A stretch of 64,000 bases of DNA from assembly GCA_050949045.1 (NCBI GenBank), contig JBMNEZ010000001.1:32001-96000 (forward strand). Direction: 5' to 3'. This DNA comes from Candidatus Izemoplasmatales bacterium. GTDB lineage: Bacteria; Bacillota_I; Bacilli_A; Izemoplasmatales; Hujiaoplasmataceae. Of the stretch, positions 1 to 10,692 are shown one piece after another; position 1 is the first letter of the stretch; each line of letters opens with the position of its first letter. The position numbers were made by a program, and so were the translations under genes. The notes beneath the pieces are model-generated. The model was not told where the DNA came from and did not search any database. It worked only from the letters and a program-made list of their open reading frames with translations.

Positions 1-59
1 TTATCGCCTTTTTTCTGCTAAATTGACAAATGATGCAAAGATAAGGAAAATGAAATCAG

Positions 60-300
60 AGAAAAAAAATGACACTTAAAGAAAAGATAAAAATATTCTA
101 AAAACACCTATAAAGGCTATACAAAATTAAAGAAAAGCAAACAAGCTGATTTCTGTAATGAGCATGCCACAGAAATTATTTTATTTGAGAATGCAAGAAA
201 ACATGGAACTAGCACAGGTAAAAAAGAACGAGTCAGACCTATAAAATTTAGCTGGAATATCATATAGTAATAACAACATTTGCATAATAGAGGGCTGATT
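60..300 (+). pseudogene. Fragment resembling the C-terminal region of a MobA/MobL-type relaxase
   Basis: Short broken frame YTKLKKSKQADFCNEHATEIILFENARKH resembles, from memory, clostridial mobilisation-protein tails; AT-rich and no intact ORF. Confidence 0.3.
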
Positions 301-399
301 GATATAAAAAGACAGTAATAATTTATGAATCAATTCATCACAAAAATACAGAAAAAGTAATAAATTATCTTTCCGGACAACTATCAATTAAATTTTTAA

Positions 400-665
400 A
401 ATTACAGGATATAAAAACTTTAGAACCAAAAGAATTTGATTTGATTATTCTTGCATCGGGAACTTATAATAATGAACTTCATGCAGGGATACTTAAATGG
501 TTAAAAAGTGCAGACATTAAGGATAAAGAAATAGGAATATTATATACCTGTGGTTTTAGGTATATGGATTATTCAAAAAAAATAAGAAAGTATATTATAG
601 ATAATGGCGCAAATTATATTAGGAGTTGTTGATGTCGAGGATATGACACCTATGGTTTCTTCTCT
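400..665 (+). pseudogene. Flavodoxin-family fragment with in-frame TGA
   Basis: DLIILASGTY...LYTCG...SC*CRGYDTYGFF: the flavodoxin-like motif continues after TGA 630-632; start and C-terminus are missing. Confidence 0.6.
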
Positions 666-669
666 AAGA

Positions 670-1027
670 AAGATAAAAAAACAACTGTTTTCGGCGATAT
701 CAATGAAACTCCTTTCGTAAGATAACTTTTATAATCGCTCAATCTCAACTTTCAGTTTCATATTTTCTTTTCAAACCATTCAATTGTAGTTTCAAGGTTT
801 AATATGCCAACGGGCCTCCTTTTTCTTGTCTCATTTCTTCCCAATCTGACTTTTTAAATCGTCCTTGTCATTTTATCAATAAGCGCGCAGTCGCATAACT
901 ATAAATGAGGATGCTACATTGTATTTTGTAGCACAAGCTCCAATTGAGATATACTTACTCCAATGACCTTCATGATTTTCAATTTTTCGGTATCGGTATA
1001 CAAAAGAAATGCTTTCTTATCTTCCAT
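670..1027 (-). mobile_element. Decayed IS3/IS150-family transposase orfA remnant
   Basis: Frameshifted pieces YTDTEKLKIMK / SIGACATKYNVASSFIVMRLRAY (HTH-like) / KENMKLKVEIERL*K / SYLTKGV (coiled-coil tail), with several stops. Confidence 0.55.
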
Positions 1028-1044
1028 AGAATATATTCGTCTTT

Positions 1045-1080
1045 ACTTAATAACTATAACAAACTTAATAACTATATCAA
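1045..1080. repeat. 18-bp tandem duplication ACTTAATAACTATA(A/T)CAA x2
   Basis: Read directly: 1045-1062 and 1063-1080. Confidence 0.85.
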
Positions 1081-1120
1081 AAAAAGCAGACTGTGTTAAT
1101 CCATTTAACACGTCTGCTTT
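1079..1120 (-). terminator. Strong hairpin, terminator-like on the minus strand
   Basis: AAAGCAGAC-TGTGTTAA-loop-TTAACAC-GTCTGCTTT preceded by an A-run (U-tail on the minus strand). Confidence 0.55.
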
Positions 1121-1242
1121 CGATCGCAAGATTTATCAGCACTCCTTTGGAAAACGATTTCAAAAAACTTTATTTTTATCGGGTTTATGATATAATATGA
1201 TAGTCTATATATTGAAGAGAAACGAGAGGAGTTTTTATCTAC

Positions 1243-3315
1243 ATGAAAGAGTACCTTGCGGAACAAATCAAGAACATCATTATTCTTGGCCATCTCGGCA
1301 GCGGAAAAACTTCATTGGCCGAAGCTTTGGCCTTCGTATCGGGTACGATCGAAAAGAAAGGCGAAGTCGAAAAGAAAAACACAATCTCCGACTTTACCGT
1401 TGAGGAACAGACCAGGCAAAACTCGCTTTCAACAAGCGTGATCCCGGTTCAGTTCAAGGATGCCAAATTCAACTTTCTCGACGCTCCCGGCGCTGATGAA
1501 ATGATTGGCGACGTTAGATACGCTTTTCAAGCCGCTTCCGGTGCGGTTTTGGTTCTCGATGCAACCAAAGGCATCGAAGTCGGCGCCGAGAAGATGTGGA
1601 AAGAAATCAAAAAACACAATCTTCCCGCGATCATTTATATCAATAAGATGGACAAGGAAAATGTTAAATTCGACGACATCCTTGATGCAATCAAAGATAG
1701 ATTCGGAAAAGAAGCTTTGCCTTTCTGCGTTCCCATCGGCAAAAGCGGGGAATTCGTCGGTTTTGCGAATGTCGTCGATTTGAAAGCCAGGCTCTACGAC
1801 GGCAATGCCTGCAAAGACGCTGAGATTTCCCCAGACATAATGGCGAAAGTCCAGGATGTCAGACAAGAACTTGTCGAAACCGTTGCCGGGGCTGATGAGG
1901 TGCTTCTCGAAAAATACTTTGGCGGCGAGGAACTGACGATTGATGAAATCAAACAAGGGTTGAAACAGGCTGTCATTTCTGGGGAAACTGTTCCGATCAT
2001 GGTTGGCTCTTCATTGAAAAACATCGGTCCGCTAATGTTGTTAGAAATGATCAACTTGTATTTTCCGTTCGTCAGTGAATTGGGGCCTAACAAAGGGCAT
2101 AAGCCGGGGACGGATGAGGAGGTATTGCGCAAAACAGCGGATTTCGAGCCTTTCTCTGCTTACGTTTTCAAAACGATCATTGATCCCTTTGTGGGAACGA
2201 TCAATTTATTAAATGTCCGTTCCGGCCAACTGAAAAAAGACCAGGAAGTCTATGTCTCCGCCAATGGGGATGTCGAAAAAGTCGGTCAAGTGTTCTTTTT
2301 GCTCGGGAAGACTCAAGTTTCATGTGACGTTGTTCATGCCGGTGATATCTGCGCCATCGCCAAAACCGATGGAGTAGTCACCGGTTCAACAATATCGGAC
2401 AAGAAGGCGCCGATCGTTTATCCTTTAACAGAAACGCCAAGCCCAACGATGTATATCGCAATCAAACCAAAAAACAAAGCCGATGAGGATAAACTTTCCA
2501 ACTCGCTTGCCAAACTCCGTCTCGAGGATCCCACTTTTGAGATCGTCCGCAACAAAGAAACCAGCCAGATGCTAATCGGCGGCCAAGGTATGATCCATCT
2601 TGGATACATCACCGACAAAATGAAAAACATGTTCAAAGTCGATGTCGAAACCGAGGACCAACAAGTTGTTTACCGCGAGACCATCAAGGCCACTGCGACG
2701 GCCGAAGGCAGATATGTCAAGCAGTCCGGCGGATCGGGATATTACGGTGTTGTCGTGATGCGCTTCGAACCCTTGCCCGACAAGGATTATGAATTCGCTG
2801 AAGAAGTTTTCGGCGGCGCCGTCCCCAAGAATTTCTTTCCCGCAGTTGACAAAGGATTACAGGAAACTTTGGAGCACGGCGTGCTCGCCGGGTTTCCGGT
2901 GATCGGTGTCAAAGGTGTTCTCTTCGATGGCAAATATCATCCTGTAGACTCCAACGAACTAGCTTTCAGAATGGCTGCGTCGATCGCTTTTAAAGAAGCA
3001 TGCAAAACGGCAAAGCCGACGATTCTTGAACCGATCCATAAAATCGTCGTCACAGTCAAAGACGAATACATGGGCGATGTTTTAGGCGATGTGAACAAAC
3101 GGCGTGGCCGCGTCCTCGGTATGGAACCAGCCGATAGCGGATACCAGAAAATCGTAGCGGAAGTTCCGGAAGCGGAAATAACCAAATACACGATTGATCT
3201 CAAGGCTATGACCCAGGGATCGGGAACGTTCACACGCGAATTTCTCCGTTACGAGGAAGTTCCCGGGAACCTGATTCCCAAGATTATCGAAGAGCACAAG
3301 AAAGCAAGCAACTAA
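1243..3315 (+). CDS. fusA: Elongation factor G paralogue (EF-G II type)
   Basis: 690 aa; GHLGSGKTS, DAPG, NKMD, YRETI, KQSGG; RGITI replaced by RQNSL; outside the str operon; RBS GAGGAG. Confidence 0.9.
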   Translation: MKEYLAEQIKNIIILGHLGSGKTSLAEALAFVSGTIEKKGEVEKKNTISDFTVEEQTRQNSLSTSVIPVQFKDAKFNFLDAPGADEMIGDVRYAFQAASGAVLVLDATKGIEVGAEKMWKEIKKHNLPAIIYINKMDKENVKFDDILDAIKDRFGKEALPFCVPIGKSGEFVGFANVVDLKARLYDGNACKDAEISPDIMAKVQDVRQELVETVAGADEVLLEKYFGGEELTIDEIKQGLKQAVISGETVPIMVGSSLKNIGPLMLLEMINLYFPFVSELGPNKGHKPGTDEEVLRKTADFEPFSAYVFKTIIDPFVGTINLLNVRSGQLKKDQEVYVSANGDVEKVGQVFFLLGKTQVSCDVVHAGDICAIAKTDGVVTGSTISDKKAPIVYPLTETPSPTMYIAIKPKNKADEDKLSNSLAKLRLEDPTFEIVRNKETSQMLIGGQGMIHLGYITDKMKNMFKVDVETEDQQVVYRETIKATATAEGRYVKQSGGSGYYGVVVMRFEPLPDKDYEFAEEVFGGAVPKNFFPAVDKGLQETLEHGVLAGFPVIGVKGVLFDGKYHPVDSNELAFRMAASIAFKEACKTAKPTILEPIHKIVVTVKDEYMGDVLGDVNKRRGRVLGMEPADSGYQKIVAEVPEAEITKYTIDLKAMTQGSGTFTREFLRYEEVPGNLIPKIIEEHKKASN

Positions 3316-3331
3316 GAGAATTTACATTCTT

Positions 3332-3360
3332 GGCCGCGATTTGATCGTGGCCGTTTTTTT
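3332..3360 (+). terminator. Intrinsic terminator
   Basis: GGCCGCGAT-TTG-ATCGTGGCC followed by a T-run. Confidence 0.8.
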
Positions 3361-3484
3361 CTAATTCTGAGTTTTTCATGAAAATCAATCTTAGCTTGCT
3401 TGATATGCCAGTAGTCATTTGTTGGTCTGTTATGTATTACATAGTGATTGACAATACTTTGCTTAGTAATAAGGAGTATTTAAT

Positions 3485-4333
3485 ATGGAAAAAATCGGTC
3501 TTTTGATTGACAGCACGACCCTGACAAGACCCGAGTTGCTGGACTATGATTTCATCAAGGTCGCCCAACTCAAAGTGATGATCGATGACAAGCAATACAA
3601 GGAGAAAGACCTTCCCACCGACATTATGTATGAATATCTCCGTTCCGGAAAAAAGATGACAACCAGCCAACCCGCTCCCGGGGAAATACTTGAACTATAC
3701 AATGATTATTACAACAAAGGCTATACCAACGTTTTGGTTGTCACCCTTTCGGAAAAACTCAGCGGTACTTTTCAATCTGCCCTGATTGCCAAAACGATGT
3801 TTGACAAGCCGATGGAGTTAAGCATTCACGCACCAATGGTGGCATCATTTGGAGTGGCCAACGGTGTGAAAGTGATCGCCGAGGCAATCAAAGCGGGAAA
3901 GCCTTTCACTGAAATCGTGGATCTCTATCACCGTTTTTTTAAGAACGCAGAAGTAATGTTTACGCTTTCCAATCTTATGCATTTGTTTCGCGGCGGCAGA
4001 CTGAGCCGGATTCAGGCGTTGATCGGAACCGTTCTAAGGATCAAACCCATTATAAGAATGATCGATGGAAAACTCCATCTGGTAAAGAGAGAGCGTACCA
4101 ACAATGCTTGTTACGAATTTTTTATGGAAATCATAAAAGATTATTCCCAAAAGTTCGCAACCGTCTATCTTGACATCATTGATCTCAACCAGAACGAATG
4201 GTCACAAAAGATAAGGACAGAAGTTAAGGCAAAGTATCCTAACATCAAAATCCACATGACCGATTTTGTCAGTCCGGTTTTCCTTGTACATCTTGGCGAT
4301 CGGGGATTTGGAATCGCGATTGCAGGTATTTGA
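3485..4333 (+). CDS. DegV/FakB family fatty-acid-binding protein
   Basis: IDST, TTSQPAPG, LSEKLSGTFQSA, GGRL, IKPII, VHLG motifs. Confidence 0.92.
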   Translation: MEKIGLLIDSTTLTRPELLDYDFIKVAQLKVMIDDKQYKEKDLPTDIMYEYLRSGKKMTTSQPAPGEILELYNDYYNKGYTNVLVVTLSEKLSGTFQSALIAKTMFDKPMELSIHAPMVASFGVANGVKVIAEAIKAGKPFTEIVDLYHRFFKNAEVMFTLSNLMHLFRGGRLSRIQALIGTVLRIKPIIRMIDGKLHLVKRERTNNACYEFFMEIIKDYSQKFATVYLDIIDLNQNEWSQKIRTEVKAKYPNIKIHMTDFVSPVFLVHLGDRGFGIAIAGI

Positions 4334-4339
4334 ATTCTT

Positions 4340-4376
4340 TAACGCCACCGGCGATAAAACGCCGGAGGCGTTATTT
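4340..4376 (+). terminator. Hairpin/terminator after the DegV gene
   Basis: TAACGCC-A-CCGGCG-loop-CGCCGG-A-GGCGTTA. Confidence 0.65.
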
Positions 4377-4404
4377 ACCCTCTTCTTGATGAGCGAAATA
4401 GCGC

Positions 4405-4433
4405 TTGACTTTTAGGGGGGTATTTAGTAAACT
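4405..4433 (+). promoter_or_regulatory. Sigma-70 promoter of the tRNA operon
   Basis: TTGACT-17 bp-TAAACT. Confidence 0.7.
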
Positions 4434-4455
4434 TAATGTTGCGAAAAAGCTTGAT

Positions 4456-4532
4456 GGCGATTGTGGCGAAGTGGTTAACGCATCGGATTGTGGCTCCGAC
4501 ACTCGTGGGTTCGATTCCCATCAATCGCCCCA
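4456..4532 (+). tRNA. tRNA-His (GTG)
   Basis: Cloverleaf with G-1, anticodon loop TTGTGGC, GGTTCGATTC, encoded CCA. Confidence 0.96.
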
Positions 4533-4540
4533 TCTTATAC

Positions 4541-4615
4541 TGGGCTATGGCCAAGAGGTTAAGGCATCGGACTTTGACTCCGAGATCGGTAGTTCAAATC
4601 TACCTAGCCCAGCCA
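4541..4615 (+). tRNA. tRNA-Gln (TTG)
   Basis: TGGGCTA/TAGCCCA acceptor stem, anticodon loop CTTTGAC, encoded CCA. Confidence 0.96.
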
Positions 4616-4623
4616 TTTTTTTT

Positions 4624-4699
4624 GACCCGCTAGCTCAGCAGGAAGAGCATTTGACTTTTAATCAAAGGGTCGGGCGTTCGAATCGCCTGCGGGTCACCA
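4624..4699 (+). tRNA. tRNA-Lys (TTT)
   Basis: GACCCGC/GCGGGTC acceptor stem, anticodon loop CTTTTAA, encoded CCA. Confidence 0.96.
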
Positions 4700-4712
4700 T
4701 TGCATTTTTTGT

Positions 4713-4796
4713 GCGGGTGTGGCGGAATTGGCAGACGCGCTAGACTTAGGATCTAGTTCTTAATGAGTGCAGGTTCAAGTCCTGTCACCCGCACCA
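4713..4796 (+). tRNA. tRNA-Leu (TAG)
   Basis: GCGGGTG/CACCCGC acceptor stem, anticodon loop CTTAGGA, long variable arm, encoded CCA. Confidence 0.96.
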
Positions 4797-4805
4797 AACA
4801 ACGAT

Positions 4806-4850
4806 AATTTGAACTGCTCTCCCATTGAGAAGATTTAGTTCAAATTTTTT
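4806..4850 (+). terminator. Hairpin after the tRNA cluster
   Basis: AATTTGAACT...AGTTCAAATT followed by a T-run. Confidence 0.55.
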
Positions 4851-4985
4851 ATTTCGGTTTCAAAAAAAAAGACACCCGTTTTTCGTCTGTTGTTTTGGTA
4901 ATAGTCAGTGTTTTTGTTGAGAGAAACTCAAGCATTTAGTAGTTATAAGATAAATTCAGGATTTTGGTTTTTATATATATATTTA

Positions 4986-5030
4986 TAAAAAGCCGCCATG
5001 ACTCCTATTGAGTCAATATGGCGGCTCTTT
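4986..5030 (-). terminator. Terminator of the NCS2 permease gene
   Basis: AGCCGCCAT-GACTC-loop-GAGTC-AATATGGCGGCT with an A-run on the left. Confidence 0.75.
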
Positions 5031-5077
5031 ATACGGTATAGTATTAAGGGGAGTAATACTTAAACTACTCCATTGAT

Positions 5078-6424
5078 TTACAAAATAGCAAGAAGCACAA
5101 AGTTAAGTATGAACATTAATGTGCACACCCAAAGGATTGGATGGATGTCTTTTATTTGGCGCTTGCAGATCTTTGTGATTACATAGAATATAAAGCCCGC
5201 CGCAATACCATAGGAGATACTATAGCACAGAGCCATAAATACGCCGGCAAAGAATGCGGGTATAGCTTCTGAAAGTTCAGACCAATCGATCTCTTTGAAG
5301 GAAGACAACATCATGATTCCGACAATGACCAATGCGGGAGCCGTAGCCGCAGCCGGAATCGCGCTGATAAATGTTGCAAAAAACGCACTTATTGCGAAGC
5401 ATATTGCAACAACAACACTGGTGAGACCGGTACGTCCGCCAACGGCAATGCCGGCGGCGCTCTCTACATAAGTGGTTGTGTTGGAGGTGCCGAAGATAGC
5501 GCCGATAGAGGTTGCCGTAGCGTCCGCAAATAGAGCTTTATCCATTTTTGATTTGAAGCCGGCGCTACTTATCATCGCCTTTTCGTCTTCATCGCTGAAG
5601 ATGCCTGTGCGACGGCCGGTTCCAATGAAGGTTCCAATTGTATCGAATGTGTCAGACATACTGAAGGCAAAAATCGTGATAAGGACAAGAGGGATCTTGC
5701 TGGCATCAAGGAACAAGGATCCGATGCCTTTCTTTGTGAATATAGCACCGAAAGTTGTAGGAAGAGCTGCACATGCGTCGGTAAAACTGATCGTGTCTGT
5801 TGTTGCGGTAAGCCCCATGGGAATGCCGATAAGCGCCGTAATGATTATGCTAATAAGTATCGCACCCTTGATTTTCAGAAGATTGAGCACAACTATCAAC
5901 ACCAAACCGATAAGAAATAACCACAAAACGGGAAGGTTAAGGGTTGCAAGCGCCGGCACTCCGGCATCAAAATTAATGATGCCGACATTGAGGAGCCCGA
6001 TATAGGCAATGAAGATGCCAATGCCTCCGCCGATGGCGTTCTGCAGGCTGCGCGGAATGGCTTGTATGATGTATTTGCGGAGCTTGGTAACGGTTATGAC
6101 AATATTTATTATGCCGCAGATAAACACCATTGACAAAGCCTGTTGCCATGTAAATTGCAGTGCAAAGCATACGGTATAGACGAAAAATGCGTTAAGCCCC
6201 ATTCCGGGAGCCTGAGCATAGGGTACATTTGCCACGAGCCCCATTACAAGAGTTCCGATGATTGAGGCAATTATCGTAGCAAGAAATACAGCACCCCATT
6301 CCATACCAGCTTGACTGAGAATAGACGGATTGACAACGATGATGTATGCCATAGCAAAGAATGTTGTCAAGCCGGCCATGATCTCAGTAGAAACTTTTGT
6401 GCCATTTTGTTTTAGATTGAACAT
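5078..6424 (-). CDS. NCS2/AzgA-type guanine/hypoxanthine permease
   Basis: TEIMAGLTTFFAMAYIIVVNP, APGMGLNAFF, YVESAAGI motifs; likely start MFNLK at 6424 with RBS AAAGGAG. Confidence 0.92.
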   Translation of the reverse strand: MFNLKQNGTKVSTEIMAGLTTFFAMAYIIVVNPSILSQAGMEWGAVFLATIIASIIGTLVMGLVANVPYAQAPGMGLNAFFVYTVCFALQFTWQQALSMVFICGIINIVITVTKLRKYIIQAIPRSLQNAIGGGIGIFIAYIGLLNVGIINFDAGVPALATLNLPVLWLFLIGLVLIVVLNLLKIKGAILISIIITALIGIPMGLTATTDTISFTDACAALPTTFGAIFTKKGIGSLFLDASKIPLVLITIFAFSMSDTFDTIGTFIGTGRRTGIFSDEDEKAMISSAGFKSKMDKALFADATATSIGAIFGTSNTTTYVESAAGIAVGGRTGLTSVVVAICFAISAFFATFISAIPAAATAPALVIVGIMMLSSFKEIDWSELSEAIPAFFAGVFMALCYSISYGIAAGFIFYVITKICKRQIKDIHPILWVCTLMFILNFVLLAIL

Positions 6425-7177
6425 TTTTCTTTCTCCTTTTTTATTATCCATATTGTCGATAGCAGTGTGATGAGAAGGACAAAACGCAAATAATACAATA
6501 AAATTGTGTAACATTACCTTTATTATATTTTGATATTTAGGCAAAACAACTATCCAGTAGTGCTCAGAACCACATTGAGCCCATAAGCAGACTGAAAATA
6601 CTATTTAATTATGACAGATTCTTAGTTTTTATTCAATATATTTTTTATGTTTTCAAAGAATAATATCTTAATTTCGAATTCCATTATGGTTACCAACTTC
6701 CATTTTTCGATTTTATATTTTTTTACTACTGGCTATATAGAAAATGTAAATAGATTTTCTGAGTGTTTTTGTTACATCAATACAATCCGAATCAAACCTT
6801 ATTAATTGAAGATGAGCCTGATTATTTGTTTATTTCGAGGGGATTTGAGCATATCCATTTTCACAATGGCGTGATCAAGCATTATGAGTTTCTTAGGTGT
6901 TTCTATTCGCATCACTTTTCGCGTCAAATGAAAATGCAGACATCGAGCAAGCAAAGGCTTGTCGGTGTCTGCAGGATGTCTTATGTTTTATATTGTTGTG
7001 CTTATAGGACAATAAGAGGATAAGTGGTTATCAAATTTTATAGAATAAGGCGTTTGATACCTTTGTTATACAAACAATTTGTTTACACTATACTAAGGCA
7101 ATATGATCTTATTGTCAGCGGAGTAGGCAGAATATTTTCCCGGATCGTCAAATGCAACGCTTAAAAAGCAACCGGAG

Positions 7178-10100
7178 TCAAGATACCACGCCGTTCTTTT
7201 TAAGGAATTCTTCTAGTGCTTCTGGCGACAGAGGCCTCGAAAAATAAAACCCTTGTATTTCATGACAACCTATCTTTCTCATACAATCCAGTTGTTCCTT
7301 TGTTTCCACGCCTTCGGCTGTGATATCCGCCATGAGAGCTCTAGCCAATGAAACAATCGTTTTTGCTATAACTACTTTTTTTTTCTTTTAAAATGATATC
7401 GTCTATGATGCTTTTATCTATTTTTATTCTGTTAAAAGGTACCAACTCCAACCGATGCAATGATGAATACCCCTTGCCAAAATCATCTATGGCAATATTT
7501 ATCCCCGCTTCTTTCAACTTAGACAGTTTTTCAATTGTATCCGAAAAATTATTGGACAGCATACTTTCTGTAATTTCCAGCTCAATATATTTCGGATCTA
7601 CCTGGCTTTTCTTTATTAGTTGTAAAACTTTAGAAATAAAATCTTCACTTTGGAATTGTACAACCGATAGATTTACGGAAAAGCGAAGAGGAAAAAAGCC
7701 CTTTGAAACAAGCTTGTTATGCTCTTGGATTGCTTGTTCTAGTACCCAGAGCCCCACATCATGAATCAATCCCGTTTGCTCGAGTATGGGGATAAATATA
7801 TTCGGTGACACTTTTACGTTGTCGGCCGTTGTCCATCTAAGCAAAGCCTCAACTCCGACAACTTTTCCCGTGCTACAGCTGACTTGAGGTTGATATTCTA
7901 GAGAAAATTCTTCATTCTGCAATGAATGGAAAAGCTTATTTGTGAGTAAAGTATTTTCCGCAATCCGCTTTTTTAGTTGTTCTGAACAGAAAACGATCCT
8001 ATTTTCAGAGAGTTTCGCTTCATAACTTGCTAAATCGGCATTTTTCAAAAGAGTATCCACATCTTTTCCGTCATCCGGATAAATGGATATGCCTACATTA
8101 ACAGTAACAAATAATGATTCTATCCCTTCCTTGGGAAGTATGGGATTGGAAAAAGCATCAACGATTTTATTCGCACATTCCTCTATTTGCTCGGTAGTTT
8201 CCGCAAAAGGCATAACAACAATAAATTTTCCTTCACCGATCCTTGATAGATGGCACTCTTCTTTCATCAGGTTTTCAAGAATCGTTGCCGATTTTATTGC
8301 TATATGTTCTCCTATGCTATGACCGAAAGTATCATTAATCATTCTTAGGTTGTCCAGTTCAATATCAAAAACAACCAATTTATCTGATTCTTTTCGATTA
8401 TATATATTTTCCTCCAAGATTTTTTTGAGCATATTTCTGTTTGCCAATTTAGTAGATTCATCGAAATAAGCAAATTGATACAGCTTTTCTTCGTATAAAG
8501 ATTTTTTCTTTGTGTCTCCCAATATATTTGTAATAATTTTCAAAAAGTGTAATCGATTTTCTGTGAATTTTTTATCACTTCGGTCTAGGTATTCAATGAC
8601 AAAAAAACCATCTGTTCTTTCATCGACTATTATTGGCAGCGCAAAGAAAGAATTGATTCCTCTCGACAGGAAAAAGTTTCTTTGGTACCCAGCTTCATCA
8701 AGGGGAAGGCTTGTGACATCTTCACAGAGTATAGGTGAGTTTTGCGTTATCAGGGATTTAACTTCGGGAAAGTCAGCTGTCTTAAACGTCGTTTCTGGAT
8801 AAAAAGGAAATGATTGATTATCAAGATCTTTCACATATGTATTAAGAATAATTGCGTTTTCATAATCTGCGCTGAATTCAAATAAGTATGCGCTGTCAAA
8901 ATTAAGTATTTCGGCAGACATTTTAAACATTTCATCGATTTTTTCTTTAGTATTTTCACTGCTAACCGAAATAAAGTTGGTTGAAATCTTTTCAAGCGTT
9001 TGTTGTTCTTTTGAAAATCTTTGGTATCCTCGAAACTTTGAAGAATATTCATTTTTCAAATATATCACAGCGAAATAAGAAAGTACAATAATAAAAATCC
9101 TTTTTAAATACTGAGCGGCATTGATGGTGGCAGAAACTTCAGGATAAATAATTGAAAGAACAACTTGAGTTATTAGGGTAACGGCTAAAAATATTAAAGT
9201 ATGGTTTTTGTTATCCAAAACAATAGAATGCAGAAGAAATATTATATATACCGCCCAGACTGTTGTTGCTGCTGTATTAGCATCTTTAATTATGAAAAAA
9301 GTCATGCCAACTACGCTTGTTACAAGGAAGATGGCGTTCTGGATTGTATGATTTTTTGATATATGCGGTATGAATCTTAAAAATATACCACAAATCAAGA
9401 TAGCAAAGGCAAGTAAAAGTTCATATGCTAATTTTCCTCTTGCAAGGAAAAACCCTGAATAAAATGATCCTGCGGAACCGATTATAAATATCGCCGCTGC
9501 CGTTTCGAACAAACGCAATCGACTTTCTTCTGGTATAATGTCGGAATCAGGAGATAAGAATTCTATTTTTTCTCTTTCAATAAGAAAACCGAACTTTTTC
9601 AATATGATAAACAATAATACTGTAGGAAGGATCAAAAACAAAATTGCAAGTTGAGGGATCGGCGTTAATCCAAAAACACCGGGCAAAACACCGGGCAAAA
9701 TGTCCGTTATCGATCCCGCTATAAAAGGAAGTAACACAGATAATAAGAAATATGTTCCTAATAGTTTTAAAGGAGTATGAGGTTCAATTTTTTTCCACCA
9801 GCGAAAAAGTAATATAATAGTAATCACTGAATATATAATATCGTAAATGTTAAGCCAAATTTGACCAATATTTATAGGAAGCACATTTATCCAGCCGAAT
9901 TCGCTTTGCACCATTTCATATTGTTTTTCTGCAAGAATTCCTAAAGGCGCAAACAGAATCACATTTATAAAAACAGGTAAATAAAGTATTATGAGTTTTA
10001 TTCGCTTATTTAAACGTTTTTCAGTATTTGTTAGAATCAGTACAAAGTGGAGTAAAAGGCTGTGAAAAAAGCCCCAGCCGAAAACAGACATGCATCTCCA

Positions 10101-10298
10101 AAAAGCACTCGATTCCGCCGTTGGTGCGGAGTTTGAAATAGCATATGAAAATGACCAAATTGCCATTGAACTCGTTACTAATAAAAACAGCCTATTGATC
10201 CTGCTTTTTTTGTTAGAAGTTATCATATATGCGCCAAAAATCATGTAAAAACAACCGCAAAGATAATATAAAGTTGATAAGAGTAAACTATATCTCAT
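7178..10298 (-). pseudogene. Membrane sensor-GAF-degenerate GGDEF-EAL c-di-GMP phosphodiesterase, frameshifted near the 3' end
   Basis: Multi-TM N-terminus, GAF-like region, RIGEGKF in place of GGDEF, EALLRW, DDFGKGYSS; the ORF stops at 7341 but AEGVE...QGFYFSRP continues in another frame to TGA at 7178 after an A9 tract. Confidence 0.88.
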
Positions 10299-10692
10299 AA
10301 TTTTCCCCCTAAAAACAAGAGTGCAAATCTCTGTTTATTATAGCAACTTTCTGATTTTTCAAATATGGATTATAATATTATTGTATTTTGTATTTTATTA
10401 GATTTTGGAGTTTCACATATATTCTAACACTTAACATCACTATTTATTTGATGTCAATGGGTTTTTAATTTGCATCATTGGAGGATATAGTATAAGTGCA
10501 CTGAAATTTGAATAAGTTTATTTGCTCGCGTCTAAAAAACGTATCGCTATTTTTACCTCGGTCTTTGAGTTCAGACATTCTGTCAACGTCACTTTTATAG
10601 AGCTATTTTAATATCATCACTTTTTGCTTTGGGAACATGGTGATACTTATGATATGGTTGATGACAACATAATTACTAGGTAAAAAAAACAA

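Noticed and set aside
630..632. In-frame TGA codons as evidence for genetic code 4
   Set aside because: Core genes (DegV, uvrB, trxA, xerC) end at TGA at their expected C-termini and Trp is encoded by TGG.
4405..4743. ORFs 4405-4743 and 4436-4633
   Set aside because: They overlap four clear tRNA genes and are shadow ORFs.
6763..7023. 86-aa ORF inside the islet
   Set aside because: No RBS or recognisable domain; it looks like degraded element-border sequence.
9676..9701. 12-bp duplication encoding LPGV-LPGV in the EAL gene
   Set aside because: A single in-frame duplication in a membrane loop with no matching motif seen elsewhere.
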